This document shows, piece by piece, positions 1 through 9,319 of a DNA stretch of 64,000 nt. Under the pieces are notes generated by a model. The model was not told where the DNA came from. It searched no databases and was given only the letters and a program-made list of their open reading frames with translations. The stretch is taken from the NCBI GenBank assembly GCA_963711565.1, contig CAVQEQ010000004.1, positions 1,184,001 through 1,248,000 on the forward strand. The letters are read 5' to 3'. Within the stretch, counting starts at the first letter, position 1. Each line of letters starts with the position of its first letter. The position numbers and the translations under genes were made by a program. The DNA comes from an uncultured delta proteobacterium (GTDB lineage: Bacteria; Desulfobacterota; Binatia; Binatales; Binataceae).

Positions 1-1108
1 CGAGCACGCCGATCCGCGCCAGGGCGACCATCCCGAATGGGGCACGTACATTTTTAATTACGGCCGCGCCGAGGTGCGCAACTTCCTGACTGCGAGCGCG
101 CTTTTCTGGCTCGGCGAGTTCCACGCCGACGGGCTGCGGGTGGACGCGGTCGCATCGATGATCTACCTCGATTACGCGCGGCGCGCCGGCGAATGGATTC
201 CCAACGCATTCGGCGGTCGCGAAAATCTCGAAGCGATTTCATTCATCAAGAAGCTCAACCAGGACGTGTACCGCCTCAACCCCGGCGTCATGATGATCGC
301 CGAGGAATCCACGGCGTGGTCGGGCGTCAGCCGGCCGGTCTTCCTGGGCGGGCTCGGCTTCGGCTTCAAGTGGGACATGGGTTGGATGCATGACACGCTC
401 GAGTACTTCACGCTCGATCCCATCTACCGCCGCTATCACCATCGCGATCTCACCTTCGGCCTGCTCTATGCGTGGAGCGAAAATTTCGTGCTGCCGCTGT
501 CGCATGATGAGGTCGTGCACGGCAAGCGTGCGCTGCTGTCGAAGATGCCGGGCGATCGCTCGCGCCAATTCGCCAACCAGCGCGCGCTGTTCGCCTACAT
601 GTGGGCGCGCTCGGGCAAGAAGCTGATCTTCATGGGCGAGGAGATCGGCCAGTGGCGCGAATGGGATCATGACTCGAGCCTCGACTGGAACCTGGTTGAC
701 TATCCCGACCATCGCGAGCTGCAGGTGCTCGTGCGCGATCTGAATCGCATCTACCGCGACGAGCCCGCGCTGTGGGAGGCCGACACCGACCCGGCGGGCT
801 TTCGATGGCTGGACGCCGACGACGCCGACAGCAACATGATTGCGTTCATGCGAACGGCGCCGAGCACCGGCCGCCGCATCATCTGCGTATGCAATTTCTC
901 GCCGGTGCTGCGCAGCCGCTTTCGCGTCGGCGTACCCGGCCCCGGATTTTATCGCGAGATTCTCAACACCGACTCGGCTGCGTACGGCGGGACCAACGCC
1001 GGCAACATGGGCGGCGTCGAGGCGGCCGCGATTCCGTGGCGCGGATTTTCGCATTCGATCGCGGTCGTGATGCCTCCGCTTGCGGTGATCTGGTTCTCCG
1101 TCCCGTAG
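1..1108 (+). CDS. glgB: 1,4-alpha-glucan branching enzyme, 5'-truncated by window edge
   Basis: GH13 motifs [28 protein letters not shown]; frame is open from position 2 ([15 protein letters not shown]). Confidence 0.96.
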   Translation, partial: EHADPRQGDHPEWGTYIFNYGRAEVRNFLTASALFWLGEFHADGLRVDAVASMIYLDYARRAGEWIPNAFGGRENLEAISFIKKLNQDVYRLNPGVMMIAEESTAWSGVSRPVFLGGLGFGFKWDMGWMHDTLEYFTLDPIYRRYHHRDLTFGLLYAWSENFVLPLSHDEVVHGKRALLSKMPGDRSRQFANQRALFAYMWARSGKKLIFMGEEIGQWREWDHDSSLDWNLVDYPDHRELQVLVRDLNRIYRDEPALWEADTDPAGFRWLDADDADSNMIAFMRTAPSTGRRIICVCNFSPVLRSRFRVGVPGPGFYREILNTDSAAYGGTNAGNMGGVEAAAIPWRGFSHSIAVVMPPLAVIWFSVP

Positions 1109-1174
1109 CCGCGCTATGGAACTCCGCAATGGACTGTGGCACCGAGGTCTTCTGACAGTATCTTGCCTATGCCA

Positions 1175-1203
1175 TTGACAGCATATGCTGTTAACGCTAT
1201 ATT
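1175..1203 (+). promoter_or_regulatory. sigma70-type promoter with overlapping palindromic operator for the toxin-antitoxin pair
   Basis: TTGACA(1175-1180)-N17-TATATT(1198-1203); perfect 14-bp palindrome ACAGCATATGCTGT at 1178-1191. Confidence 0.7.
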
Positions 1204-1230
1204 GCCACTTAACGCCGAGAGCGCTTGAAG

Positions 1231-1567
1231 ATGGCGACAGAGGTCATCGCGACGGATCAGTTTACTGACTGGTATAGGTCGCTGGACGACAGAGACGCTG
1301 ACGCGGTTGAGTTTTCGCTGGGATTGCTGGAGCAGTTTGGCGTGACGCTCGGTGCGCCGCATAGCAGCAAGATCCTCGGCACGGATCGATCTGCGCGAGC
1401 TGCGCATCCAGTCCGCGGGGCGCCCGCTTCGGGCCTTCTATGCTTTCGATCCGGTGCGCCAAGCGGTGCTGCTGACGGGCGGTGATAAGACTGGGAACGA
1501 CCGCTTCTATCAAAAGATGATTGCCGAAGCGGCGGCCTTATGGAGCGAATACCTGGCTGGCAAGTGA
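1231..1567 (+). pseudogene. RelE/HigB (Gp49-like) toxin, split by a frameshift near 1381-1383 (real or sequencing error)
   Basis: Joining ORFs 1225-1485 and 1352-1567 gives MATEVIATDQFTDWYRSL...PHSSKILG/IDLRELRIQSAGRPLRAFYAFDPVRQAVLLTGGDK, a typical HigB-like toxin. Confidence 0.8.
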
Positions 1568-1613
1568 AAAGCCAAGAGAGAACAAATGGACAAAGAGCGA
1601 AAGAGGAAGAGCC

Positions 1614-1919
1614 ATGAAGACAAGAGGTTGGCGGGAGGTGCTGGCCGAGCGTCGGACGCCTGAAGAGATAGCCGCTCTGGATAGGCGAGTTGCCGCGGAG
1701 GTGACAGAGATGGATCTGCGCGAGCTGCGAATCGTTGCTGGGATGACGCAGGAAGAGGTAGCGAGAGCGCTCAAGGCCGCGCAGTCTGAAATTTCGCGCC
1801 TGGAGAAACGCGACGATTATCGCATCTCGACCCTTCGAGATTATGTGCACGCGCTAGGCGGCCAACTCGAAATAATCGCCGCATTCGGCGACCGTCGCGT
1901 GCGCCTGCGTGCCTCCTGA
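1614..1919 (+). CDS. XRE-family HTH antitoxin (HigA-like)
   Basis: LRELRIVAGMTQEEVARALKAAQSEISRLEKRDD..ISTLRDYVHALGG; follows the toxin; AGAGGA RBS before ATG 1614. Confidence 0.88.
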   Translation: MKTRGWREVLAERRTPEEIAALDRRVAAEVTEMDLRELRIVAGMTQEEVARALKAAQSEISRLEKRDDYRISTLRDYVHALGGQLEIIAAFGDRRVRLRAS

Positions 1920-2103
1920 GTCTTGACCGTTGGGGCTTAAGAGTAGGTCGCACGGGTAAAGGCGCGAATCTTCTGATCACCTCTTTGAGGCAGCGCGTCT
2001 ATCGTGTAATAGAATTCCTCAGCGCGTGATCGCCTACCGCGCGGCTCGCTTGGATCTGGAAACAGGCGGATGACCGCCTCAACCCGGTTGAGAGGAGAAC
2101 ACG

Positions 2104-2421
2104 ATGCGGACCCGAAAAGTTGTCAGCTCGAAGATTCGCGAACGGGGATTGCGAATGATTCCGGCCGCCGCGCTAGTGGCTTCGCTCGGGATACTGGCGT
2201 TCGGCGGATGCTCATCGCAGACCGCCGACCAGCCGCCCGCGAATCCCGTGCAGGTAAATTTCGCGCTCGACAAATGCCAGCAGCTCGACGCGAACCTGTA
2301 CAAATGTCCGGCGGTCGATCAGCCGATCTGCACGCCACAGTTCGTTCGCACCGACATCAATTGCATTCGTGTCGGCCCCAAGGGCAGCATCTTCGTCCAG
2401 CGCGGCGGTTCGAATCCCTGA
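2104..2421 (+). CDS. small putative lipoprotein with four additional Cys
   Basis: GAGGAG RBS; hydrophobic signal ending FGGC lipobox; start could be 2155. Confidence 0.65.
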   Translation: MRTRKVVSSKIRERGLRMIPAAALVASLGILAFGGCSSQTADQPPANPVQVNFALDKCQQLDANLYKCPAVDQPICTPQFVRTDINCIRVGPKGSIFVQRGGSNP

Positions 2422-2559
2422 CCGTAGCTGAGATTCGAAGCAAGGTTGGAGCGTCCGCTTGAGCCGCAAACTCGAGCGGCGCTCCTCTATACGGCGACTG
2501 CAGCCTTCCTCGTTGCGCACGACAGCTCCATCTGATTATTTCTAGATCGGTGCTTCGCG

Positions 2560-2751
2560 ATGACCTGCCCAATCTGCAAGAGGCCAGCTGACCCCTCTCG
2601 CCGCAATAAGTTTCGGCCATTCTGCTCCGAGCGATGCCAGATGATCGATCTCGGCACCTGGGCCGCCGGCGATTACAAGATCGGGGGCTCGACGACGCCC
2701 GCCGACAACGAGCATCATGACGATTTGAAAAAGCGCAGGCTCCTCAATTGA
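2560..2751 (+). CDS. yacG: DNA gyrase inhibitor YacG
   Basis: CPIC...RPFCSERCQMIDLGTWA signature. Confidence 0.93.
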   Translation: MTCPICKRPADPSRRNKFRPFCSERCQMIDLGTWAAGDYKIGGSTTPADNEHHDDLKKRRLLN

Positions 2752-3575
2752 CAGATGCAGCGCCGCCGCGGATTCATCCGAGCTCGGTGGTGGGTCCCGA
2801 CGTCGAGCTGGCGCCCGGCGTCAACATCGGCCCGTTGTGCATCCTCGACGGTAAAATCCGCATCGGCGCTCGCACCCGCCTGATCGGTCACGTTACGATT
2901 CTCGGCATCACGGAACTCGGCGCCGACAACGTGGTTCACCCGGGCGCGGTGATCGGCGACGAGCCGCAGGATCTCACTTACACCGGCGTCGCTCGCTCGG
3001 TGAGAATCGGCGACCGCAACGTCTTTCGCGAATACTCCACCGTCCATCGCGGCAGCGAGCATGGCGACGTCACCATCATGGGCGACGACAACTTCATGAT
3101 GCAGAATGCGCACGTCGCACACGATTGCCGCATCGGCAACTCGACCATAATCGCCGGCGGCGCGCTGCTGGCAGGATGGGTCGAGCTGGGCGACCGCGCG
3201 CTCGTCTCGGGCAATTGCGTAGTGCATCAGTACACGCGCATCGGGCGGCTGGCGATGATGCGCGGGCTCTCCCGCACCAGCCGCAACGTCCCGCCGTTCT
3301 GCATCATGGACGGCACCCACGCGCTGCGTGGGATCAACGTGGTCGGCCTCAAGCGCGCGGGCATTTCGTCGAAATCGATTCATGCACTCAGACACGCCTT
3401 CACAACGCTCTTCGGTATACGACAGAATCTGAAGCTCGCAATCGCGCGCCTGGAGAAGTCGGCGCCGCTGGAGCCCGAAGTAATCGAGCTGCTCGATTTC
3501 ATCAAAGCCTCAAAACGCGGCGTCGCCTTCGGTCCCCATGACAATCACACCGACGACTCCGAATCCGGCTCTTAA
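2748..3575 (+). CDS. lpxA: acyl-ACP--UDP-N-acetylglucosamine O-acyltransferase family (LpxA-like, possibly a paralog)
   Basis: Hexapeptide repeats, IGDEPQDL, AHVAHDC, GINVVGLKRAG C-terminal helical domain. Confidence 0.85.
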   Translation: MTDAAPPRIHPSSVVGPDVELAPGVNIGPLCILDGKIRIGARTRLIGHVTILGITELGADNVVHPGAVIGDEPQDLTYTGVARSVRIGDRNVFREYSTVHRGSEHGDVTIMGDDNFMMQNAHVAHDCRIGNSTIIAGGALLAGWVELGDRALVSGNCVVHQYTRIGRLAMMRGLSRTSRNVPPFCIMDGTHALRGINVVGLKRAGISSKSIHALRHAFTTLFGIRQNLKLAIARLEKSAPLEPEVIELLDFIKASKRGVAFGPHDNHTDDSESGS

Positions 3576-3673
3576 ATGCTCCACCCTGAGAGACCGATCA
3601 CATTTGGAGCGGCACGGAGGATTTCGCTACGCGGCTCGCAGCTAAAATTCTCGCAGTACTGATCCTCGGGACC

Positions 3674-4198
3674 GTGCTGGGCATTGCGGCCACCTGGTTG
3701 ATGGTCTTTCGCATCGCGCGCGGCGCAATTACCGACGGCCCCTGGAAAACCAACCTCACTACCGGCAGCGCGCAAAGCGATGCCTATCACCGCGCCAGTG
3801 TCGCCGTACACGGTCTCTTCGCACTCAATGCGAGCGAAACGATCTATTACACCGCGGCCACTGACAACGACGGCCACGCTCTCGAGGGTGATTGCCGCTA
3901 CGAGATCAGCGGCCGCGACCCCGACGCGCGATGGTGGAGCATAACCGCTTACGGTCGCGACGATTTTCTTATCCCCAATCCCGCTCACCGCTATTCAGTT
4001 TCGAAAACGACGGTCGCTCGCGACGCGAAAGGCGATTTCGTCGTGCAAGTCGGCGGCGATTCGGGCGGCGACAACTGGATTCCAGTCGGCGGGGGACGCT
4101 TCTCACTGTCGTTGCGCCTCTACAATCCCGGCCCCGGCGTCGTCCTCGATCCATCCCACGCCGTTTTGCCGGCGCTGCGAAAGGTGTCCTGTTCATGA
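3674..4198 (+). CDS. DUF1214-domain protein
   Basis: ETIYYTAATDNDG..L.GDCRY, WWSITAYG, NWIPV, FSLSLRLYNP; hydrophobic frame extends upstream to about 3626 next to a GGAGGA RBS, so the start is uncertain. Confidence 0.8.
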   Translation: MLGIAATWLMVFRIARGAITDGPWKTNLTTGSAQSDAYHRASVAVHGLFALNASETIYYTAATDNDGHALEGDCRYEISGRDPDARWWSITAYGRDDFLIPNPAHRYSVSKTTVARDAKGDFVVQVGGDSGGDNWIPVGGGRFSLSLRLYNPGPGVVLDPSHAVLPALRKVSCS

Positions 4199-4743
4199 GC
4201 CGGCGATGGATGCCATGGCTCGCCGCCACTCTCGCCGTAGCCGCACTCGTGCACCTGGCAACGCTCTACGCACTGCCCCGACGCATCATGGCACGGACGC
4301 TCGCGCGGATGGGCCCGCCGAACACGATGCGCTTCGCCAAACGTCCCGACGAGACCTCGCGCGGGGTGGTAAGGCCGAGCCCCGACATTCTTTATTCTGC
4401 ATGCCCGTTCGATTTGTCGAAGGGCCCGCTGAAGCTGACCGCCCGCGTGCCGCATTCGACCTACTGGTCGGTCTCCGCCTTCGATGCCGCGACCAACAAT
4501 TTCTTCGTCCGCAACGACCAGCAGACAGCCGGCGACTCGATCGAGATCCTCGCCGTGCGCCCGGGCATGGCGCTCCCCCCTCTCGACACCGCGACTGATC
4601 GGGTAATCCTCTTCGCGCCGACGACCAAAGGCCTCTTCCTGATCCGTATGGTCATCGACGACGACAAGAATCTCCCCGCCCTCGACGCCCTCCGGCGCCA
4701 AGCCGCGTGCGAAACCGTCGCCTCACTCCCCACGCCGCACTAG
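4195..4743 (+). CDS. DUF1254-domain protein
   Basis: VVRPSPDILYSACPFDLSKGP, YWSVSAFD; ATGA overlap with the upstream gene. Confidence 0.8.
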   Translation: MSRRWMPWLAATLAVAALVHLATLYALPRRIMARTLARMGPPNTMRFAKRPDETSRGVVRPSPDILYSACPFDLSKGPLKLTARVPHSTYWSVSAFDAATNNFFVRNDQQTAGDSIEILAVRPGMALPPLDTATDRVILFAPTTKGLFLIRMVIDDDKNLPALDALRRQAACETVASLPTPH

Positions 4744-4801
4744 CGGAATCCTCCGCCGCTAATCAGTCCCTGGCAGCGACGAAGGCCCGCATCTTTCCTG
4801 C

Positions 4802-4874
4802 TCACTGGGGGTCGCCGAAGGAAACGTGAAACCTATCGAGGGTTTCACTACAATTACATCGCAATGCGCATTCG
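4802..4874 (+). repeat. imperfect direct repeat, copy 1 (degenerate copy of the ccmE upstream region and first codons)
   Basis: tcactggg..gccgaaggaaacgtgaaacctatcgagggtttcac..caattacatcgcaatgcgcattcg aligns with 6223-6324. Confidence 0.8.
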
Positions 4875-4947
4875 ATCGCCTCGAAAAATCCGGCGTATAA
4901 ACCGGTGGCGCCGCAGACGTGCAAATCGGTGGATGTGAAGCGCGACG

Positions 4948-6198
4948 ATGGCCATTGTCACCAACAACTTTCTCGAGGATATGGCGCTGGTGATGTGCGT
5001 CGCGGCGCTCGCCACCGTCATCTGCCAGTCGCTGCATCAACCGCTCGTGGTGGGCTACCTGATCGCCGGGATCGTAGTCGGGCCGGACGTGCCGGGAGTG
5101 TACGCCAACGTCGAGCGGATCCAGATGGTCTCGGATCTGGGCGTTATCTTGCTGGTCTTCTCGATTGGTCTCGAGTTCAGATTTCGCCGGCTGATGCGCC
5201 TTGCTCCCACTGCCGGCTTGGTAGCTGTGATCCAGGTCGTTTCGATGGTCTTCCTCGGCCACCTGGTGGGCCGCCTGATGGGCTGGAGGGCGTGGGAGAG
5301 CTTGTTGACGGGTGCGACGGTGTCGATTTCGGGTGCCGTCATCGTCGCCAAGGCCTTCGAAGAAGTGGAAGTGGAGCCCAGAGTGCGCGAGCTGGTCTTC
5401 GGCATAGTGCTGTCGGAAGACGTGGTCGCGATCCTGATGCTCGCGGTACTGATCACGATGGCGAACGGCGGCAGGGAGTCGGTGCGCGCGTTCTCGATCA
5501 CCGCGGAGCACCTGAGTTCATTTATCGTAGTGCTGATTGTGCTCGGATTGATTACTGTCCCGTACATGGTGCGCGGGGTCGCGCGCCTCAAGCGGCGCGA
5601 AACGTTGCTGACCACCAGCATGGGCCTGTGCTTCGGCTTCGCGATGATCGCCGAGCGGGCAGGTTACACTGTCGCGTTGGGCGCGTTCCTGGCCGGCTCG
5701 ATGGTGGCGGAGTCGGGACAGGGAGCGGAGGTCGAGAAGCTGATCGAGCCGGTGCGCGACATTTTCGGCGCGATCTTTTTCGTCTCGGTCGGGATGCTGA
5801 TCGATCCGAAGCTGTTGGCAACACACTGGCATGCGCTGGCGGCGCTCACGGCGGTGGTCGTCGTGGGCAAGATCGTCAGCGTCTCGCTAGCCTCGCTCGC
5901 GATTGGCGAGCGTCCCGGCGTCGCGCTCAAAACCGGCTTCGCGATGGCGCAGATCGGAGTGTTCTCATTCCTGATCGCCCAAGTGGGCACGGCCCCCGGC
6001 GCCAGGCGCAGCATTCTTTATTCATTGGCGGTGGGGGTCTCGACCATAACCGCCTTCCTGTCCCCATTTCTGATCCGGGCGTCCAATCCGGCGGCGGATT
6101 GGCTAGACCGCCATCTCCCGACGCCGCTCCAGAGCGCGGTTGCTCACTACGACGAACGGCTGGATCGAGTCCGCAAACCGACAGAACCGGAGGAGTGA
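4948..6198 (+). CDS. CPA2-family cation:proton antiporter (membrane domain only)
   Basis: Many TM segments; VGYLIAGIVVGP, LVFSIGLEF, ALGAFLAG, RDIFGAIFFVSVG. Confidence 0.9.
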   Translation: MAIVTNNFLEDMALVMCVAALATVICQSLHQPLVVGYLIAGIVVGPDVPGVYANVERIQMVSDLGVILLVFSIGLEFRFRRLMRLAPTAGLVAVIQVVSMVFLGHLVGRLMGWRAWESLLTGATVSISGAVIVAKAFEEVEVEPRVRELVFGIVLSEDVVAILMLAVLITMANGGRESVRAFSITAEHLSSFIVVLIVLGLITVPYMVRGVARLKRRETLLTTSMGLCFGFAMIAERAGYTVALGAFLAGSMVAESGQGAEVEKLIEPVRDIFGAIFFVSVGMLIDPKLLATHWHALAALTAVVVVGKIVSVSLASLAIGERPGVALKTGFAMAQIGVFSFLIAQVGTAPGARRSILYSLAVGVSTITAFLSPFLIRASNPAADWLDRHLPTPLQSAVAHYDERLDRVRKPTEPEE

Positions 6199-6222
6199 GC
6201 TGGCCGCAAGCGCGACTTTTGA

Positions 6223-6324
6223 TCACTGGGTGCAGGGGTCACCCCTGCCGAAGGAAGCGTGAAACCCATCGCGGGTTTCACATTCAATTAAGTTCTGAAA
6301 CAATTACTTGGCAATGCGAATTCG
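6223..6324 (+). repeat. imperfect direct repeat, copy 2, with two short hairpins upstream of ccmE
   Basis: gcagggg-tca-cccctgc and gtgaaaccc-atcgc-gggtttcac; ends in the ccmE start atgcgaattcg. Confidence 0.8.
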
Positions 6325-6763
6325 TCCACGATTCTTTATCGGCGGCGGCCTTATCGTGCTGGCGATCGGCTATCTCATCTTCAGCTCGATTCGCACCACC
6401 TCCGAGTACTACCTCACCGTGCCCGAGGTGGCCGCGCGCCAGGGCGAGCTTGGCGGGCAGGCGATCCGCGTCGCGGGTCGCGTCAAGCCCGGCAATATCG
6501 CATGGGACCCGGACTCGCTCACACTCAAATTTGAGATCGGGCCGATTCCCGACATCGATGCTGCCGGCGCGCCGGTCAAACCGGTCTTGGCGTCCGATCC
6601 CGTGTCGTTTCGTGTCGTCGCCGCCGGTGAACCCAAGCCCGACATGTTCGCCCCCGGCCGCGACGTTATCGTCGAGGGCAGGCTCGGCCCCGACGGCGAA
6701 ATCGCCGCGACGCAGGTGATGACGAGTTGCCCTTCCAAGTACAAGCCTAAGCAATCACAATAG
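6314..6763 (+). CDS. ccmE: heme chaperone CcmE, CxxxY variant
   Basis: N-terminal TM, IRVAGRV, PDMF..GRDVIVEG, C-terminal CPSKY. Confidence 0.92.
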   Translation: MRIRPRFFIGGGLIVLAIGYLIFSSIRTTSEYYLTVPEVAARQGELGGQAIRVAGRVKPGNIAWDPDSLTLKFEIGPIPDIDAAGAPVKPVLASDPVSFRVVAAGEPKPDMFAPGRDVIVEGRLGPDGEIAATQVMTSCPSKYKPKQSQ

Positions 6764-6778
6764 CCGGGGGTTTTTTTG

Positions 6779-8800
6779 ATGCCGCAACTTGGCAACCTCG
6801 CGCTCGCGATTGCGCTGATTCTCGCCGTCTACTCCATCGCCGCGAATATCTACGGCGCGCGCCGTAATGCGCCCGATTTTGTCGTCAGCGCCCGCCATGC
6901 GCTGTGGGCGATGTGCGCGATGGTCACCATTGCGGTCGTCGTGCTGTGGGCCGCGTTGTTGCGGAGCGATTTTTCGCTCGAATACGTCGCCGCATACTCC
7001 AGCACCACGCTGCCGAGGGTTTACAAAATCACCTCTCTATGGGGCGGGCAGCAGGGCTCGTTGCTCTTCTGGACCTGGCTGCTCTCGATCTTCACGTCGA
7101 TCGCCGCGTTCCAGAATCGCCGCCGCAATCCCGAGATCGCGCCGTATGCGCTCGCAGTGCTGGCCGGCGTCGCGATCTTTTTTCTGTTGATGCTGAATTT
7201 CGTCACGCGTCCGTTCGACCTGCTCGCGGTGGTTCCCGCCGAAGGTTCCGACCTGAATCCGCTGCTGCAGAACTACTGGATGGCGATACATCCGCCGTCG
7301 CTCTACACCGGCTACGTCAGCGCGACCGTGCCGTTCGCATTCGGCGCTGCGGCGCTGATTACGGGCAAGCTCGACGACGGATGGATTCGCTCGACGCGCC
7401 GTTGGGCGATTTTTTCGTGGTTCTTTCTGACGCTCGGCAACATGTTCGGTGCGCGATGGGCGTACGAAGTGCTGGGCTGGGGCGGTTACTGGGCATGGGA
7501 CCCGGTCGAGAACGCCGCCTTCATGCCGTGGCTCGTGATGACGGCGTACCTGCATTCGGTGATGATCCAGGAACGCAAGGACATGCTGAAGGTCTGGAAC
7601 CTGTCGCTGATCGGGCTCGCCTTCGGACTGACGCTGTTCGGTACCTTCATCACGCGCAGCGGCGTTATCTCGTCAGTGCATTCGTTCACGCAATCCGGCC
7701 TCGGCCCATATTTTCTCAGCTTCCTGATCACGGTGACGCTCGCCTACACCGCACTGTTGATCTTCCGCTCGAAGGATTTGCGCAGCCCCGCCGAATTCGA
7801 GTCGTACCTGTCGCGCGAGGCCGCGTTCCTGTTCAACAACCTGATGCTGGTGGGAATCGCGTTCGCGGTTTTCTGGGGCACTATTTTCCCAGTCCTGTCG
7901 GAAGCGGTGCGCGGCGTGAAGATTACCGTCGGACCGCCGTTCTTCAATCGCGTTAACGGCCCGCTCGCGCTCGGCCTCGTGTTTTTGATGGGCATCGGAC
8001 CGCTGATCGCATGGCGGCGTACGACGACCAGCAATCTCGTGCGCAGTTTCGCCGCGCCGGTCGTGATCGGAGTAGCGACCGGAATCGTCGCCGCCGCAGC
8101 CGGGCTTCGCCAGTGGTACGTGCTGACGGCGTTCTCGCTCGCCGCTTTCGTGCTCGGCACGGTGCTGGTCGAGTTCCGCCGCGGGATGAACGCGCGCCGA
8201 CACATGGTCTCCGAGCCGCGCGCCAAGGCGTTGGTCAATCTCGTCGCCAAGAACAACCGCCGCTACGGCGGCTACATAATTCACGTCGGCGCGATCGTGG
8301 CGTTCGTCGGAATCGTCGGTTCGTCGTTCTTTCGCACCGAAGTGAAAAAGAGCGTCCACGTGGGCGAGAGCTTTACGATAGGTTCGTACACGATGCGCTT
8401 CCAGGGCTTGGACGAAACCGACACGCCGCATCTCGAGAGCGCGACCGCGCGCGTCCAGGTGCTGCGTCCCGATGGCCGCGAGATTACCGTGATGTCGCCG
8501 GCCAAGCTCTTCTTCAAGCGCCCGCAGCAGCCCGCGACCAAAGTCGCAATCCGCTCGACCCCCGCCAGCGACCTCTACGTCGTGCTCGCCGGAATCGACG
8601 ACGACGGTCAGACTGCGACCTTCGAAGTATTTCTGACGCCGCTGGTCTTCTGGCTGTGGGCGGGAGGCCTGATGATGGTGCTCGGCACCGTCATCGTGAT
8701 GTGGCCGAACGTGCGCGAGCGCGCCGCAATCGCGACCGCGCTGAGCCGCTCATCGACTGACGCACGCGAACTCGCCGACGCCGCGCCCGGAGGCGATTGA
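6779..8800 (+). CDS. ccmF: cytochrome c heme lyase CcmF
   Basis: WGGQQGSLL, IHPP, WGGYWAWDPVEN (WWD domain), SVHSF. Confidence 0.97.
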   Translation: MPQLGNLALAIALILAVYSIAANIYGARRNAPDFVVSARHALWAMCAMVTIAVVVLWAALLRSDFSLEYVAAYSSTTLPRVYKITSLWGGQQGSLLFWTWLLSIFTSIAAFQNRRRNPEIAPYALAVLAGVAIFFLLMLNFVTRPFDLLAVVPAEGSDLNPLLQNYWMAIHPPSLYTGYVSATVPFAFGAAALITGKLDDGWIRSTRRWAIFSWFFLTLGNMFGARWAYEVLGWGGYWAWDPVENAAFMPWLVMTAYLHSVMIQERKDMLKVWNLSLIGLAFGLTLFGTFITRSGVISSVHSFTQSGLGPYFLSFLITVTLAYTALLIFRSKDLRSPAEFESYLSREAAFLFNNLMLVGIAFAVFWGTIFPVLSEAVRGVKITVGPPFFNRVNGPLALGLVFLMGIGPLIAWRRTTTSNLVRSFAAPVVIGVATGIVAAAAGLRQWYVLTAFSLAAFVLGTVLVEFRRGMNARRHMVSEPRAKALVNLVAKNNRRYGGYIIHVGAIVAFVGIVGSSFFRTEVKKSVHVGESFTIGSYTMRFQGLDETDTPHLESATARVQVLRPDGREITVMSPAKLFFKRPQQPATKVAIRSTPASDLYVVLAGIDDDGQTATFEVFLTPLVFWLWAGGLMMVLGTVIVMWPNVRERAAIATALSRSSTDARELADAAPGGD

Positions 8801-8804
8801 ATCC

Positions 8805-9314
8805 GTGCGCGCGAAACTCATACTCGCTTCGTCGCTCGCATTCCTCATCGCGGCACTATTCGTTTTTCTTTCGCCTGAACTGAAGGACGTTTCACGTGAA
8901 ACGTTTGCAGCCGAAACTCCAACGAATTCGCAGGTGTCCGAGGGTCTGACCTGCCAATGCGGCTGCGGTTTGACGGTCGCCAACTGCAATATGCCGACCT
9001 GCGGATTCTCGGTGCCGATGCGCGCGGAGATCGACCGCATGATCGGCGAAGGGAAGACTCGCGCGCAGATAATCGCTTTCTATCGGCAAGAATACGGCGA
9101 GAAAGTCCTGTCCGCGCCGACCACCGAGGGCTTCAACATCCTCGCATGGACGATGCCGTTCATCGCGCTGGCACTCGGCGGCGGCCTGATGGTGGTCGCG
9201 GTCGGCCGCTGGCATTCGTCTGCGCCGGCGGACTCGAAGGTGGGCGCGCAGCCGGTGTCGTTTGATCCCGAACTCAGGCGCAAGCTCGAAAAAGAACTCG
9301 AGGAGCGCAGGTAA
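8805..9314 (+). CDS. ccmH: CcmH-family cytochrome c biogenesis protein (Cys-rich variant)
   Basis: CQCGC..ANC..TC, MRAEI..MI..GKT..QI..FY..YGEKVLSAP, C-terminal TM; follows ccmF. Confidence 0.85.
   Translation: MRAKLILASSLAFLIAALFVFLSPELKDVSRETFAAETPTNSQVSEGLTCQCGCGLTVANCNMPTCGFSVPMRAEIDRMIGEGKTRAQIIAFYRQEYGEKVLSAPTTEGFNILAWTMPFIALALGGGLMVVAVGRWHSSAPADSKVGAQPVSFDPELRRKLEKELEERR
8887..8904. promoter_or_regulatory. parS-like ParB-binding palindrome inside ccmH
   Basis: ACGTTTCACGTGAAACGT, perfect 18-bp palindrome; 14-bp core identical to consensus parS TGTTTCACGTGAAACA. Confidence 0.65.
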
Positions 9315-9319
9315 CGTCG

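Noticed and set aside
4802-4850. Glycine riboswitch (GCCGAAGGA) or a cation riboswitch upstream of the antiporter
   Set aside because: Lacks the GGAGA and CTCTCAGG elements; better explained as a duplicate of the ccmE leader
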